Below are positions 1 through 11,251 of a stretch of DNA of 64,000 nucleotides, one piece after another (the first letter of the stretch is position 1; each line of letters starts with the position of its first letter). The notes beneath the pieces were generated by a model. That model did no database searches and was not told where the DNA came from. It saw only the letters and a list, made by a program, of their open reading frames with translations. Source of the DNA: Prevotella sp. (GTDB taxonomy: Bacteria > Bacteroidota > Bacteroidia > Bacteroidales > Dysgonomonadaceae); assembly GCA_031285625.1 (NCBI GenBank), contig JAITVV010000084.1, positions 83,791 to 147,790 of the forward strand. Reading direction: 5' to 3'. Both the position numbers and the translations under genes were made by a program.

Positions 1-2344
1 ATGTACCGCCACCGATAAGAATAGATACAAATAATATTCTCCATATAAAGTAACCATTCAGTAAAGGTGTCCGAGATGACCTCGGAGGTTGTTTCATCGT
101 ATCGGGTTCCAATTTTTCAAAAGCCAAAGCTAACGATATTGTCACCGAAGTAACCATATTAACCCAGAGAATCTGGATAGGCGTAAGTGGCATCAGCGTT
201 CCAAAAAGTATACTGGCAATGATAAGAAAACTTTCAGCACCATTTGTAGGTAATATAAATAGAATCGTCTTTTTCAGATTATCGTATACCCTCCTGCCCT
301 CTTCTACAGCTGCAGCAATGGTCGAAAAATTATCGTCAGCCAAAACCATCTCGGCTGCATCTTTGGTCACTTCCGTTCCTTTTATCCCCATTGCAATACC
401 CACATCCGCTTTTTTTAATGCAGGAGCATCGTTGACTCCGTCTCCAGTCATAGCACATATTATATTACGTGCCTGAAGGGCTTTCACCAGGCGAAGTTTA
501 TGTTCCGGACTAGTACGGGCAAAGATATTATATTCAAGTGCTGCCTCTTCCAGTTCTTCGTCGGCCATCCGTTCTATAGCTTTTCCCTCCAATGCCATGG
601 AGCCGTCACCAATTCCCATATCTTTACCGATAGATTTTGCTGTTTCAATGTGGTCGCCGGTTATCATTTTCACAGTTATACCAGCCTGTGCACATTGCCC
701 TATAGCTTCAATCGCTTCTTCTCTAGGAGGGTCAATAATACCTGCTAATCCTAAAAAGACTACCCCTTCCTGGATATCTTCATGCGATAATTTCTTTTTT
801 TGTTTGTCGACAATTTTATATGCGCCACCTATTATACGCTGTCCATTGCCGGCTAACCCGTGTATCTTAGACTCCCAATATTTCCTGTCAAATACTTTTA
901 GTCCATCTTCCGACAATTGTTTATCAGCCATACCGAGGAGACGATCCGGAGCACCCTTTATGTAAATGATATTTTTATCTTCACATTCAGCCAAAGTAGC
1001 CATGTATTTATATTCAGAGTCGAAAGGAATTGTAGCCAGCCTGTCGGTCTCATGATGGTCTACAGGTGCTTTCTCGTACAGAGTAATCAAGGCTCCTTCT
1101 GTAGGATCTCCTTTTACGTACCAGTTGCCTTCATCATCCTTACCCAACGATGCTTCGTTACAAATATAAAAACAACCGACAAGTTCATCTAAAACAGGCT
1201 CTGAAGAAAAATCAGCTTTCTCTTCAGCCTTCATTATATCACCTTTAGGTGAATAGCCTGTTCCCGTTACATGAAACTCTCCGGTAGCAGTAATCAGGCT
1301 TTTAACTGTCATCTCATTTTTGGTAAGAGTTCCTGTTTTATCAGAACATATAACAGCAACCGATCCCAGGGTCTCCACAGAGGGCAGAGTACGTACAATT
1401 GCATTCCGTTTAGCCATATTTTGAACTCCTATAGCAAGGATTATTGACAATATAGCCGGCAATCCTTCAGGTATGGCTGCTACAGCAAGTCCAATGACTG
1501 ACATTAATAGTTCGCCTGTCTGATAATCACGAAAGAAATAACCAAATGCAAATACAAGTATGGCAATAACAATTATCACCATAGATACCGTTTTACCAAA
1601 GCTTGCTGTTTGTTTGAGCAGGGGAGTCGTTATTTGCTTTACCTCTGACATCATACGGTTAATCTTCCCTATTTCGGTATCTTGCCCTATTGCCACCACA
1701 GCACCAATTCCTGTGCCCGCACTAACTGTAGTTGTAGAAAATGCCATATTCGTCCGGTCACCTAATGGTGTATCGGCATCAATAACTGTTACATTCTTTT
1801 CAGAAGGTACAGATTCCCCTGTCAGGGCAGACTCTTCAATCCGAAGATTATCTGATTTGATGATTCTAAGATCAGCAGGTATTTTATCTCCCGGATGAAG
1901 GATTACAATATCCCCTACGGCAAGATGCGAGGCTCCAATTTCAACTCTTTTTCCATCCCTTATTATTTGTGCTGTATGCGACAACATCTTTTTTATGTCC
2001 TCCAGTGCTTTCTCAGCCTTATTCTCCTGAAAGAAACCAATACTGGCATTTACAACAGCCACTATTACTATCACAATTGTATCTACCCAATGACCCAAAA
2101 GTGCAGTAACTACTGCAGCTATAAGAAGTATATAGATTAGTATATCATTGAAGTGTTTAAAAAAGCGAATTAATCTGCTTTCTTTTTTCTTTTCAGGCAA
2201 TACATTCTCTCCAAATTTGTTAAGACGTTCCTGCGCCTCAACTTCAGATAACCCTTTGGTCGAATTTGTACCAAGTAATTCAATTACCTCTTTCGTTTCC
2301 TGAGAATGCCAGCTTTTATTTGTCACTCTTTTTTCTCTTTCCAT
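1..2344 (-). CDS. Cation-transporting P-type ATPase (P2A/Ca2+-like), 3' end runs off window
   Basis: Missing from ORF track (open at edge). Minus strand reads MEREKRVTNKSWHSQ... from ATG 2344 and contains LTGES, PEGLP, CSDKTGTLT and MTGDGVNDAPALK motifs. Confidence 0.93.
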   Translation of the reverse strand, partial: MEREKRVTNKSWHSQETKEVIELLGTNSTKGLSEVEAQERLNKFGENVLPEKKKESRLIRFFKHFNDILIYILLIAAVVTALLGHWVDTIVIVIVAVVNASIGFFQENKAEKALEDIKKMLSHTAQIIRDGKRVEIGASHLAVGDIVILHPGDKIPADLRIIKSDNLRIEESALTGESVPSEKNVTVIDADTPLGDRTNMAFSTTTVSAGTGIGAVVAIGQDTEIGKINRMMSEVKQITTPLLKQTASFGKTVSMVIIVIAILVFAFGYFFRDYQTGELLMSVIGLAVAAIPEGLPAILSIILAIGVQNMAKRNAIVRTLPSVETLGSVAVICSDKTGTLTKNEMTVKSLITATGEFHVTGTGYSPKGDIMKAEEKADFSSEPVLDELVGCFYICNEASLGKDDEGNWYVKGDPTEGALITLYEKAPVDHHETDRLATIPFDSEYKYMATLAECEDKNIIYIKGAPDRLLGMADKQLSEDGLKVFDRKYWESKIHGLAGNGQRIIGGAYKIVDKQKKKLSHEDIQEGVVFLGLAGIIDPPREEAIEAIGQCAQAGITVKMITGDHIETAKSIGKDMGIGDGSMALEGKAIERMADEELEEAALEYNIFARTSPEHKLRLVKALQARNIICAMTGDGVNDAPALKKADVGIAMGIKGTEVTKDAAEMVLADDNFSTIAAAVEEGRRVYDNLKKTILFILPTNGAESFLIIASILFGTLMPLTPIQILWVNMVTSVTISLALAFEKLEPDTMKQPPRSSRTPLLNGYFIWRILFVSILIGGGT

Positions 2345-2502
2345 TCTTACTTTTTCAATTTTTTTGTCTGATTATTTAACATAGTGGTTATATTTTAACA
2401 ATTAAAGATGTAAAAAGTTTGGTTGTAACAATCTACCCTGCCTAATCAAAACATAAGCAGAAATAATTTTAAGTGTATAACAAACTATCTAAAAAAAGTA
2501 AT

Positions 2503-2510
2503 TACCTTTG
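2503..2510 (+). promoter_or_regulatory. Bacteroidetes -7 promoter element upstream of pyrBI leader
   Basis: TACCTTTG matches TAnnTTTG, just upstream of a short ORF and terminator. Confidence 0.5.
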
Positions 2511-2533
2511 TTATATCAATATAGAGAATAATA

Positions 2534-2614
2534 ATGAAAACAATATCGCTTATACAACAGCATTATTTTCACAGTGACGATTCCTGTATTTTACATGATT
2601 TCTTTAAAATTTAG
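2534..2614 (+). CDS. Putative 26-aa pyrBI leader peptide (MKTISLIQQHYFHSDDSCILHDFFKI)
   Basis: A-rich start context; ends 5 nt before an intrinsic terminator upstream of pyrB. Confidence 0.45.
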   Translation: MKTISLIQQHYFHSDDSCILHDFFKI

Positions 2615-2619
2615 ATATC

Positions 2620-2656
2620 ATCCTCGAAGAAGTTTTCTTTTTCGGGGATTTTTTTT
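2620..2656 (+). terminator. Intrinsic terminator/attenuator in pyrBI leader
   Basis: ATCCTCGAAGAAG-tttt-CTTTTTCGGGGAT stem followed by T-run. Confidence 0.7.
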
Positions 2657-2715
2657 GAAGTATTTATCTAATATAAAGATATTTGACATATGAAAGAACG
2701 ATAAAATAAGAAATG

Positions 2716-2770
2716 AAAAAAGTAACAGATAAAACATATAAAAAAGTGTCACCTTTGTCACCTTTTTCTT
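2716..2770. repeat. Intergenic GT(G/A)ACA..TGTCAC inverted-repeat element, copy 1
   Basis: aaaaagtaacag...gtgtcacctttgtcacctttttctt; similar to 20995-21050 and 21116-21166. Confidence 0.55.
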
Positions 2771-2868
2771 CCAAAAACCTGGTTATTAACCATTTGACAA
2801 ATTTACGAAGTGTTACTTTTTACTTTATCTCCAATCAGATATAAATAACTCTTACAAAATAGACTGTT

Positions 2869-3786
2869 ATGTGCAACAAAAGCCTGGTATCAATCACAGA
2901 TTATTCGAAGGAAGATATCCTGAGAATACTCCACCTGACAAAAAAATTTGATGAACAACCTAACAGGAGACTACTGGAAGGAAAAATCTGCGCCACTTTA
3001 TTTTTTGAACCTTCTACGCGTACACGCCTTAGTTTCGAAACGGCTGTAAACCGTCTGGGAGGCCGTATTATTGGTTTTTCTGATGCAGCTACCACCAGTT
3101 CATCAAAAGGGGAAACATTAAAGGACACCATCCTGATGGTAAACAACTATGCTGATATTATCATCATGCGTCATCATCTGGAAGGCGCTGCCCGGTATGC
3201 ATCTGAGGTTTCATCCATACCTATTATTAATGCAGGAGACGGAGCAAATCAACACCCTACTCAAACAATGCTGGATATGTATTCCATATTTAAGACACAA
3301 GGGACTCTGGATAACCTGACAATCACAATTGTAGGAGACCTGAAGTATGGAAGAACGGTACACTCGCTTATTATAGGTATGTCACACTTCAATCCTACCT
3401 TTCTATTCGTTGCTCCCGAAGAATTGAGCCTGCCCGATCCATATAAGGCATTTTGCGACAGCCATAATATCAAATATGAAGAACATACCGATTTTTCGCC
3501 GGAAGTGATCAATAAAGCAGATATAATCTACATGACACGTGTTCAGCGTGAACGCTTTACAGATCTGATGGAATATGAAAAAGTAAAGAACATATATATC
3601 CTCAGAAAAGATATGTTGGAAGGTACTAAGGACAATCTGAAAATACTGCATCCCCTACCCCGCGTAAATGAAATACAACAAGATGTGGATGACAGCCCAA
3701 AAGCATATTACTTCGAACAGGCTAAGAACGGTATGTTTACCCGTGAAGCTGTGATATGTGATGCACTAGGAATAGAGGTTGAATAA
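2869..3786 (+). CDS. pyrB: Aspartate carbamoyltransferase catalytic subunit
   Basis: [17 protein letters not shown] and HPLPR motifs. Confidence 0.98.
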   Translation: MCNKSLVSITDYSKEDILRILHLTKKFDEQPNRRLLEGKICATLFFEPSTRTRLSFETAVNRLGGRIIGFSDAATTSSSKGETLKDTILMVNNYADIIIMRHHLEGAARYASEVSSIPIINAGDGANQHPTQTMLDMYSIFKTQGTLDNLTITIVGDLKYGRTVHSLIIGMSHFNPTFLFVAPEELSLPDPYKAFCDSHNIKYEEHTDFSPEVINKADIIYMTRVQRERFTDLMEYEKVKNIYILRKDMLEGTKDNLKILHPLPRVNEIQQDVDDSPKAYYFEQAKNGMFTREAVICDALGIEVE

Positions 3787-3822
3787 GTTGTGAGTAAAAA
3801 AGTTAAGAAAAAAACCTGAATT

Positions 3823-4284
3823 ATGAGCGAACAAAGAAGAGAACTGCAAGTAGCTGCATTATGCAATGGAACCGCGATAGATCATATACCACCCCGCTTT
3901 GTCTTTAAAGTAGTATCCTTACTCGAGTTAGAAAATCTTGAAAACCCAATCACCATAGGGAATAACTTCGAAAGTAAAAAAATGCAATCGAAAGGAATTA
4001 TAAAGATTGCAGATAAATACTTCGAAGAGGATGAGATCAACAAGATAGCCCTTATAGCGCCCAATGTTGTTCTCAATATCATAAAAGACTACGAGGTAGT
4101 AGAAAAGAAAAGAGTTATACTTCCTCAGACCATAAAAGGTATTGTAAAGTGTAATAATCCGAAGTGCATTACCAACAATGAACCGATGATAACTCACTTT
4201 GAAGTAGTGGATTCTGACAAGATCGAGTTACGTTGCCATTATTGTAATATTAAAATAAAGAAAGACGAGATTATCCTGAAATGA
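3823..4284 (+). CDS. pyrI: Aspartate carbamoyltransferase regulatory subunit
   Basis: GTAIDHIP, CNNPKCIT..CHYC zinc site; follows pyrB. Confidence 0.97.
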   Translation: MSEQRRELQVAALCNGTAIDHIPPRFVFKVVSLLELENLENPITIGNNFESKKMQSKGIIKIADKYFEEDEINKIALIAPNVVLNIIKDYEVVEKKRVILPQTIKGIVKCNNPKCITNNEPMITHFEVVDSDKIELRCHYCNIKIKKDEIILK

Positions 4285-4856
4285 AACAAGACTGGAAACC
4301 AGGAACTTTAATTTATCCCTTACCTGCCGCCATGATTAGTTGCGGAGGTACTCCTGATGAGTACAATATTATTACATTAAGCTGGCTTGGTACTATATGT
4401 ACAAATCCACCGATGTGTTATATCTCGGTACGCCCTGAACGCCATTCCTACGATATTATAAAGAGGAATATGGAGTTTGTTATCAATATCACGACCAACG
4501 ATCTGGCATTTGCTACCGATTGGTGTGGGGTAAAATCAGGGAGGAACACAAACAAATTTGAGGAAATGGGACTGACCGCCGGAAAGGCCTCTATAGTACA
4601 GGCTCCGATTATAGTTGAATCTCCATTAAACATAGAATGCAGGGTAAAAGAAATTATCAGCCTTGGTTCGCACGATATGTTTATAGCGGATGTAGTAAAT
4701 GTAAAGGCCGATGAAAAGTATATCGATCCCGAGACTGATAAATTCTGTTTGGAAGAAGCGAACCCCATTGCCTATTCCCATGGACAATATTATAATCTGG
4801 GTAATAAAATAGGAGGATTCGGATGGTCAGTAAAGAAGAAAAAAGAAGATATCTGA
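4281..4856 (+). CDS. Flavin reductase family protein
   Basis: YPLPA..., LGSHDMFIADV motif. Confidence 0.9.
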   Translation: MKQDWKPGTLIYPLPAAMISCGGTPDEYNIITLSWLGTICTNPPMCYISVRPERHSYDIIKRNMEFVINITTNDLAFATDWCGVKSGRNTNKFEEMGLTAGKASIVQAPIIVESPLNIECRVKEIISLGSHDMFIADVVNVKADEKYIDPETDKFCLEEANPIAYSHGQYYNLGNKIGGFGWSVKKKKEDI

Positions 4857-4932
4857 TTCTCTGATGTCAAAAAAGTTTTTTTAAGAATACAGTACGCCTT
4901 ATAAATTGTTAATACCAAACAAAACTGACACT

Positions 4933-6387
4933 ATGAAAAAGCATTTGTTTTCTGCATTATTAATTCTCAATGTTCTGTTTGCGGCTGCACAACAGAAAGC
5001 TCAAACAAGTAATATCCTCACCGAAGAACAAAAGATATACGGACTATCAAAGTTCTGGCATGAGGTACGTGAAAATTTTGTATTTATCAATCAGGTTGGA
5101 ATAGAAAAATGGGATAGTATATATCAGTCATACATACCTTTAGCACGACAAACCACAAATGACTGGGAATATTTTAAACTACTGCAGCACTTTTGTGCTC
5201 ACACCAACGATGGGCATACAGGAATAATGCGGCCTCCAATAGAATTGACTCAGACAGAAGCACGTAAACCGGGAGACGTATTCTTACCTGAACGTGACGG
5301 GATGTTTGAAGAGGGGGTTCTTCTCCTAATGAAAGTAGCCGGAAAAGCCTCGGTAATACGTGTAAACAAAAACATGGGAAAAGAAATCCCCGCCGGGAGT
5401 CAGGTACACACAGTAAACAATCTGCCTGTAGAAGAGTATATCAATCGCTATACCTTACCTTATGTCAACCAATCAACCGACCACATGAGGGCAAATATGG
5501 CTGTACGGAGTATTGTCAACGGTGTGTATGGTGATACTCTCAGACTAGGATATACAAAACCTGATGGAAAAGAAGGTAATATCAAATTAACTTTTGGGGG
5601 TACATCAAGGAACGCCTCTGAAGGGGAAGACCTGTTTTATATACCGACAAACCCTTCCGGAGAACTAGTTAGCCTGGAATGGCAGGATAACAATATTGCT
5701 CTTATCAAGCTCAATAGTTTTTCGAATAAAAAAATTGTTGATGATTTTAAACAGCTATTGCCTAAACTGCAAAAAGCCAAAGGGCTCATCATCGACCTAC
5801 GATTTAATGGTGGCGGAGATACATATAATGGCGTGAGAATTCTGCAATACTTTATACCTGACGATGTTCTTTACGGAATGCACTCCCGTTCACGCATGAC
5901 TATTCCAAGCTATAAGGCATGGGGAAACTATATGGCTGCAAAAGACACAATAAATAGTGCACATGCTAAGAAATCATATTTAGCAGCGCATAATGAATTA
6001 TATCATGATTTTGGAGTTGATACATTCAAGGTAGAAATTGACAAAAAGGAAAAATTGATCATACCAACTGTAATACTCACAAATAACTACACGGCATCTG
6101 CCGCCGAAGACTTCCTTATATACGCTGATAAACAAAAACATATGATACGCATGGGGCAGAAAACATTTGGTAGCACCGGACAACCTATAAATGTTCCATT
6201 AGTAGCAGGATTAGGTGCATATATCTGTACTAAAGAAGATACCTATACTGACGGGCGTAAGTTTGTAGGTGTAGGAGTAGTACCACATATTGAGGTAACA
6301 CCAACAATGGATGATTATCTGAAAGGTAAAGATGTAGAAGTAGACAAGGCTTGCGAATATATCAAAGAAGAATTGGCTAAAAAATAA
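4933..6387 (+). CDS. Secreted S41 family peptidase
   Basis: Signal peptide; IIDLRFNGGG and TASAAEDF motifs; start placed at MKKHLF. Confidence 0.9.
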   Translation: MKKHLFSALLILNVLFAAAQQKAQTSNILTEEQKIYGLSKFWHEVRENFVFINQVGIEKWDSIYQSYIPLARQTTNDWEYFKLLQHFCAHTNDGHTGIMRPPIELTQTEARKPGDVFLPERDGMFEEGVLLLMKVAGKASVIRVNKNMGKEIPAGSQVHTVNNLPVEEYINRYTLPYVNQSTDHMRANMAVRSIVNGVYGDTLRLGYTKPDGKEGNIKLTFGGTSRNASEGEDLFYIPTNPSGELVSLEWQDNNIALIKLNSFSNKKIVDDFKQLLPKLQKAKGLIIDLRFNGGGDTYNGVRILQYFIPDDVLYGMHSRSRMTIPSYKAWGNYMAAKDTINSAHAKKSYLAAHNELYHDFGVDTFKVEIDKKEKLIIPTVILTNNYTASAAEDFLIYADKQKHMIRMGQKTFGSTGQPINVPLVAGLGAYICTKEDTYTDGRKFVGVGVVPHIEVTPTMDDYLKGKDVEVDKACEYIKEELAKK

Positions 6388-6413
6388 GTGGTCACAAATA
6401 ATGTGACCACTTA
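6385..6413. terminator. Hairpin between convergent genes (likely bidirectional terminator)
   Basis: TAAGTGGTCACA-aataa-TGTGACCACTTA. Confidence 0.65.
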
Positions 6414-6434
6414 AAATTATTCTTTAGTAATTAT

Positions 6435-7580
6435 TTATTTCTTTACTGAAAACTTAAAGATTGTCTCGCTTTGATATTTTTCTCCCGGACGAAGAGTTGC
6501 CGAAGGCCAATCTTTCTTATTAGGCGTATCAGGGTATTTTTGAGTTTCTAAGCAAACTGCAGCGCGGTGCTGGTTTACCTTTCCTTTTTTACCTTTATCG
6601 CTACCATCCATGAAGTTTCCTGCATAGAACTGGATTCCCGGCTCTGTTGTATATACATCAAGAACGATTCCTGAACGAGGAGATTCTAAAGTAGCAGCAA
6701 CTTTGCTTATATCGCCATTTGTATTTAGTACCCAGTTGTGGTCATAACCTTTTCCGTTCTTCAACTGAACAAAATCGAAGTTATCTATTCTGGCACCCAC
6801 AGCAGTAGGAGTGCGGAAGTCCATATCTGTACCTTCCACATCCAGAATTTCACCTGTAGTCATAAATGTAGAATCAACAGGGGTATATTTATCAGCATGG
6901 AGAGTCAATAACCAATCTGTATTCTTCACATCCGGATCACCATCCATATTGAAATACGTGTGGTTAGTCAGATTCACTACAGTCGGTTTATCAGTTTCAG
7001 CCTCATACTTAATATCGATTGCATTGTCATCTCTCAAAGTATAAGTGATCTTCGTATTCAGATTTCCAGGGAAACCTTCTTCTCCGTCTTTTGACAGGTA
7101 TGTAAGTTCCAGTACCTTATCATCTATCTGATTAGCAGTAAATACTACAGTATGGAAACCTTTATCTCCGCCATGAAGTGTATGACCGAAGTTATTTTTA
7201 GGCAGGTCATACTTTACACCGTCAATTTCGAATGTGCCTTGTCCGATTCTATTACCATAACGTCCGATAGCTGCCCCATAATTATTTCCGGCAACATTAA
7301 TATAGTCCTGTATCGAATCAAAGCCAATAACAACGTCTTTTTTATTACCATCTTTGTCAGGTACCGAAACCGAAACAATACGCCCACCATAGTTAGTTAT
7401 ACAGACTTCCATACCGCTAGAATTAGTAAGCACATATAGATCTGTTTTCTTACCTTGCACTTCGGTCTCAAAGTTCTTTTTATCCAGACCCGATTCAGTG
7501 AGCTTACCTACAGGAGCTTTCTCATTACAAGCTACAAATAGAAATGCTGCTGACAAAGCTGCCAAAACTGTTTTCTTCAT
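6435..7580 (-). CDS. galM: Aldose 1-epimerase (mutarotase), lipoprotein
   Basis: GRYGNRI, LHGG, NLTNHTYFN, GYDHN, CLETQ. Confidence 0.95.
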   Translation of the reverse strand: MKKTVLAALSAAFLFVACNEKAPVGKLTESGLDKKNFETEVQGKKTDLYVLTNSSGMEVCITNYGGRIVSVSVPDKDGNKKDVVIGFDSIQDYINVAGNNYGAAIGRYGNRIGQGTFEIDGVKYDLPKNNFGHTLHGGDKGFHTVVFTANQIDDKVLELTYLSKDGEEGFPGNLNTKITYTLRDDNAIDIKYEAETDKPTVVNLTNHTYFNMDGDPDVKNTDWLLTLHADKYTPVDSTFMTTGEILDVEGTDMDFRTPTAVGARIDNFDFVQLKNGKGYDHNWVLNTNGDISKVAATLESPRSGIVLDVYTTEPGIQFYAGNFMDGSDKGKKGKVNQHRAAVCLETQKYPDTPNKKDWPSATLRPGEKYQSETIFKFSVKK

Positions 7581-7590
7581 AATTTATATA

Positions 7591-8583
7591 TTATTTTAAT
7601 GGATTTGCTTCTACTCCTTCTTTTGTCATAATTATAGGTTTAATGTGCCCATTTTCATCAAAAAACATTTCTTCAATACATGTTTCCCTATAGTTTCCAT
7701 TTGTTTCAGTCAACGGACGACGATGGTAAATGATATACCATTTATCAGACTTAGGTTCATGTATAATAGAATGATGTCCTGCTCCATTAGCTATTTCAGT
7801 ATCTTGCTGCAATATAGTCTCTATTCGCTCGAATGGGCCGAAAGGACTATCTGCAATAGCATATGCCACTTTATAATCGGGTCCGGTCCACCCACCTTCA
7901 GACCACATGAAGTAATATTTATCATTTTTGATAAACATAAATGGCCCTTCCACATAATCTTTCGGCGTCACTTCTTTATATATTGATCCATCTTCGAATG
8001 GTACCAATCCGGTAAAGTCATCGTTAAGTTTAGCTACATTACAATGTTTCCATCCCCCATAATAGATGTAATAACTTCCATCTTTATCTTTGAATACAAA
8101 CTGATCAATAGGCTGTGCTCCATTGTAGAATTTATCAATTAACGGCTTCCCTAGATAATCCTTAAATGGCCCTTCAGGTTTATCAGCTACAGCGATACCA
8201 ATTCCACCATATTCCTCATCATTTTGTATGTCATTTCCCCCAAAGAAAAGGAAGTACTTACTATCCTTTTTCAGAATGGCTGGAGCCCACATCGCACGTT
8301 TTACCCATTTTACCGAAGCTGTATCAACTATCCGTTCATGTTTTGTCCAATTTACAAGATCCGTAGAAGAGAAGGCATCCATAAATACCTGCTGATCGTA
8401 TGGTGCCGAATATGTAGGATACACCCAATACTTATCATCAAAGATAATTCCTTCAGGATCGGCATACCATCCTTCAAATATGGGATTACCGGACATTTTT
8501 TTCTCTGTTGTGTTCGTTTGTTTAGGCGTACAAGCCTGTATCGCAAACAAGCATGCGAAGATCAATAGATAGTTGTTTCTCAT
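7591..8583 (-). CDS. Glycoside hydrolase family 43 lipoprotein
   Basis: YADP, WAP, IDQFVF, YVEGP, GHHS motifs. Confidence 0.92.
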   Translation of the reverse strand: MRNNYLLIFACLFAIQACTPKQTNTTEKKMSGNPIFEGWYADPEGIIFDDKYWVYPTYSAPYDQQVFMDAFSSTDLVNWTKHERIVDTASVKWVKRAMWAPAILKKDSKYFLFFGGNDIQNDEEYGGIGIAVADKPEGPFKDYLGKPLIDKFYNGAQPIDQFVFKDKDGSYYIYYGGWKHCNVAKLNDDFTGLVPFEDGSIYKEVTPKDYVEGPFMFIKNDKYYFMWSEGGWTGPDYKVAYAIADSPFGPFERIETILQQDTEIANGAGHHSIIHEPKSDKWYIIYHRRPLTETNGNYRETCIEEMFFDENGHIKPIIMTKEGVEANPLK

Positions 8584-8743
8584 TTATTAATATTTTTTTA
8601 TTACCAGAAGATAAAAATACAATTTTTTTCATTTGATAATGTTCTGTTTTAGAATATTTTGATATTTGTTGTTAAAAAGTTACCTTTGTTGGGGTACAAC
8701 ACAAATTAGTTCTACCTTTATTATAGATAAACCCAAAGGAATT

Positions 8744-9721
8744 ATGAAACCTCTATATACTTTTGATGAAGTTCTGAATATAGTAAATACAGAAATAAGC
8801 AAGATACAATATACAAATAAGCCATACTCTCTTTTCGAACCCATAACATATATTCTTTCCCTAGGAGGCAAACGGATTCGCCCAGCTTTGTCCCTTATGT
8901 CTTATAATTTATATAAAGAAGATGTAGAGCAAGTTATACCTGTTGCTTTAGGTATTGAGATATTCCACAACTTCACACTCCTTCATGACGACCTTATGGA
9001 CAGGGCTGATATGCGTAGAGGAAATCCGACAGTACATATTAAATGGAACGATAATACAGCTGTATTGTCCGGCGATGCGATGTTAATAGAAGCATACAAA
9101 GAAATAGCAAAAATAGATTCAAAATATTTACAACCTGTATTAGACTTATTCTCGATCACCGCTACGGAAATTTGTTGTGGACAACAGTATGATATGGAGT
9201 TTGAACAACGTATGGATGTCACAATATCTGAATACCTGGAGATGATCCGTCTGAAAACAGCCGTATTACTAGCCTGTGCTCTTAAAGAGGGAGCGATAGT
9301 TGCTGGAGCTTCATCGGCTGATGCCCACAATTTATATGATTTTGGAATTAACGTCGGACTAGGCTTCCAACTTAAAGATGACTTGCTGGATGTCTACGGA
9401 AATAGTACAAACTTTGGGAAAAGAATAGGTGGTGATATTCTTTGCAACAAGAAAACATTCCTGCTTATCAATGCATTGTCTGATGACACATCAAAACAAG
9501 AACTGATGACGTGGATAAATAAGGAAGAATATGCTGAATCAGAAAAGATAAAGGCTGTGACAGCTATATATGACAAACTGGATTTGAAGCAAAAATCTGA
9601 GAACTTAATACACGAATATTATAAAAAGGCAATAGCCTGTTTAGATAAGGTAACAGTGGACAACAATCGAAAAAAAGAACTTTATGATCTCGCCGAAAAT
9701 TTGATGTCCCGGATTTCATAA
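8744..9721 (+). CDS. ispA: Polyprenyl (geranyl/farnesyl) diphosphate synthase
   Basis: GGKRIRP, LLHDDLMD..RRG, FQLKDDLLD. Confidence 0.9.
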   Translation: MKPLYTFDEVLNIVNTEISKIQYTNKPYSLFEPITYILSLGGKRIRPALSLMSYNLYKEDVEQVIPVALGIEIFHNFTLLHDDLMDRADMRRGNPTVHIKWNDNTAVLSGDAMLIEAYKEIAKIDSKYLQPVLDLFSITATEICCGQQYDMEFEQRMDVTISEYLEMIRLKTAVLLACALKEGAIVAGASSADAHNLYDFGINVGLGFQLKDDLLDVYGNSTNFGKRIGGDILCNKKTFLLINALSDDTSKQELMTWINKEEYAESEKIKAVTAIYDKLDLKQKSENLIHEYYKKAIACLDKVTVDNNRKKELYDLAENLMSRIS

Positions 9722-9741
9722 CACAAAACAAACACAAAATT

Positions 9742-10461
9742 ATGCCATACAGACGTTTACCGAATACTGATAATGCTCGGATACGGGCTTTGAAGACGGC
9801 AATTGAAAAAAGTAATACATTCTTTGGTCAAGACATAATTTCTCTTGATATTCAAAGCTTGAGAATCATGCTTCGTAACTTTGAAAATGCTCAAATACGA
9901 TATAAAGATAGCCTGCAGTCACAAGCTTCAGCTAACCGTAAATTTCAGAAGCTTGTTAAAAATGCAAGGCTTTACATATCCCACTTTATTCAGGTTTTCA
10001 ATTTTTGCGTTATACGTAATGAAATAAAGAAAGAAGCAAAGCAATTATATGGAATTGATCCAGATAATTTTACAGTTCCGGATTTAACAACAAATGATTC
10101 CCTCCTTTTTTGGGGAGATAACATCATAAAAGGAGAGCAAATGAGAACTTCACAAGGTGGAGCTCCAATATATAATCCTACCATAGCGCGGGTAAATGTA
10201 GCGTTCTCCTTATTTAAGGATGCCTACTTTGCTCAAAAAACATTTCAGAATACAACTGCCAGACAACTGGATAGTTTGAGCCAGCAAAGAGAAGATATTG
10301 ATGCTACCTTAACTCTGCTATGGAATCAGATTGAAGGTGCATTTTCAGGCTTACCGACAAAAGAACGTCTTGACAGATGTAAAGAATATGGTGTTGTGTA
10401 TTATCTGAGGAAGGAAGAGCGGGAAAAAGAGAAGATTGTAGAAAGAAATGAGAATTATTGA
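9742..10461 (+). CDS. Conserved Bacteroidales hypothetical protein
   Basis: Long ORF beginning MPYRRLPNTD between ispA and tatD. Confidence 0.8.
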   Translation: MPYRRLPNTDNARIRALKTAIEKSNTFFGQDIISLDIQSLRIMLRNFENAQIRYKDSLQSQASANRKFQKLVKNARLYISHFIQVFNFCVIRNEIKKEAKQLYGIDPDNFTVPDLTTNDSLLFWGDNIIKGEQMRTSQGGAPIYNPTIARVNVAFSLFKDAYFAQKTFQNTTARQLDSLSQQREDIDATLTLLWNQIEGAFSGLPTKERLDRCKEYGVVYYLRKEEREKEKIVERNENY

Positions 10462-11224
10462 TACCCATTCGCATATTTATTCAGAAGAATTTGATAATGA
10501 TATTGAAGATGTTATCAACAGGGCAAAAAAAAACGGTGTAGAAAAGATATTAATGCCCAATATTGATATCTCATCCATAGAACGGATACATCATCTTTCC
10601 CACAAATATGAAGGTTACTGTATTCCGATGATGGGTTTACATCCTACCAGTGTCGCAGATAATTGGGAGAGCGAACTAGCCACCATCAAACAGCTGCTTC
10701 CTTTAAAATCGTATATAGCAATCGGCGAAATAGGTATGGATTTATACTGGGACAAAACATTCGAAAAAGAGCAGAAATTTGTCTTTGAGGAACAATTACG
10801 TTGGAGCATCGAATACGATTTACCAGTGGCTATACATTCACGTGACGCTATCCCTCAATGTATCGATTGTATAAAGAATATTGGAGAAGAAGAACTAAAA
10901 GGTGTCTTCCATAGTTTTGGTGGTACTGAGCAAGAACTAAATGAAATCTTATCTTTAATTAATTTCATGATAGGTATAAACGGTGTGGTAACTTTCAAAA
11001 ACTCTACTTTATCCACAGTATTGAAAAACACCGATTTATCACACATTATTATTGAAACAGATTCTCCATATCTGGCCCCTGTACCATATAGAGGAAAAAG
11101 AAATGAATCGTCATACACACTCAATGTGGTAGAAAAATTAGCAGAGATTTATAATATAAGTGCTGATAAGGTTGGAGAGATTACAACAGAAAATGCAGAA
11201 AAGCTATTCGCCTTGAAAAAATAA
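10448..11224 (+). CDS. tatD: TatD family hydrolase/DNase
   Basis: [24 protein letters not shown]. Confidence 0.95.
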   Translation: MRIIDTHSHIYSEEFDNDIEDVINRAKKNGVEKILMPNIDISSIERIHHLSHKYEGYCIPMMGLHPTSVADNWESELATIKQLLPLKSYIAIGEIGMDLYWDKTFEKEQKFVFEEQLRWSIEYDLPVAIHSRDAIPQCIDCIKNIGEEELKGVFHSFGGTEQELNEILSLINFMIGINGVVTFKNSTLSTVLKNTDLSHIIIETDSPYLAPVPYRGKRNESSYTLNVVEKLAEIYNISADKVGEITTENAEKLFALKK

Positions 11225-11251
11225 GTCCTATATTTGCACTCGCAAAACAAA

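Noticed and set aside
219-2140. Several plus-strand ORFs in the track
   Set aside because: Antisense shadows of the minus-strand P-type ATPase
2514-2521. TATCAATA copies in host DNA (also 4481 and 26938)
   Set aside because: Expected by chance in AT-rich DNA; two are inside genes and none has the cassette context
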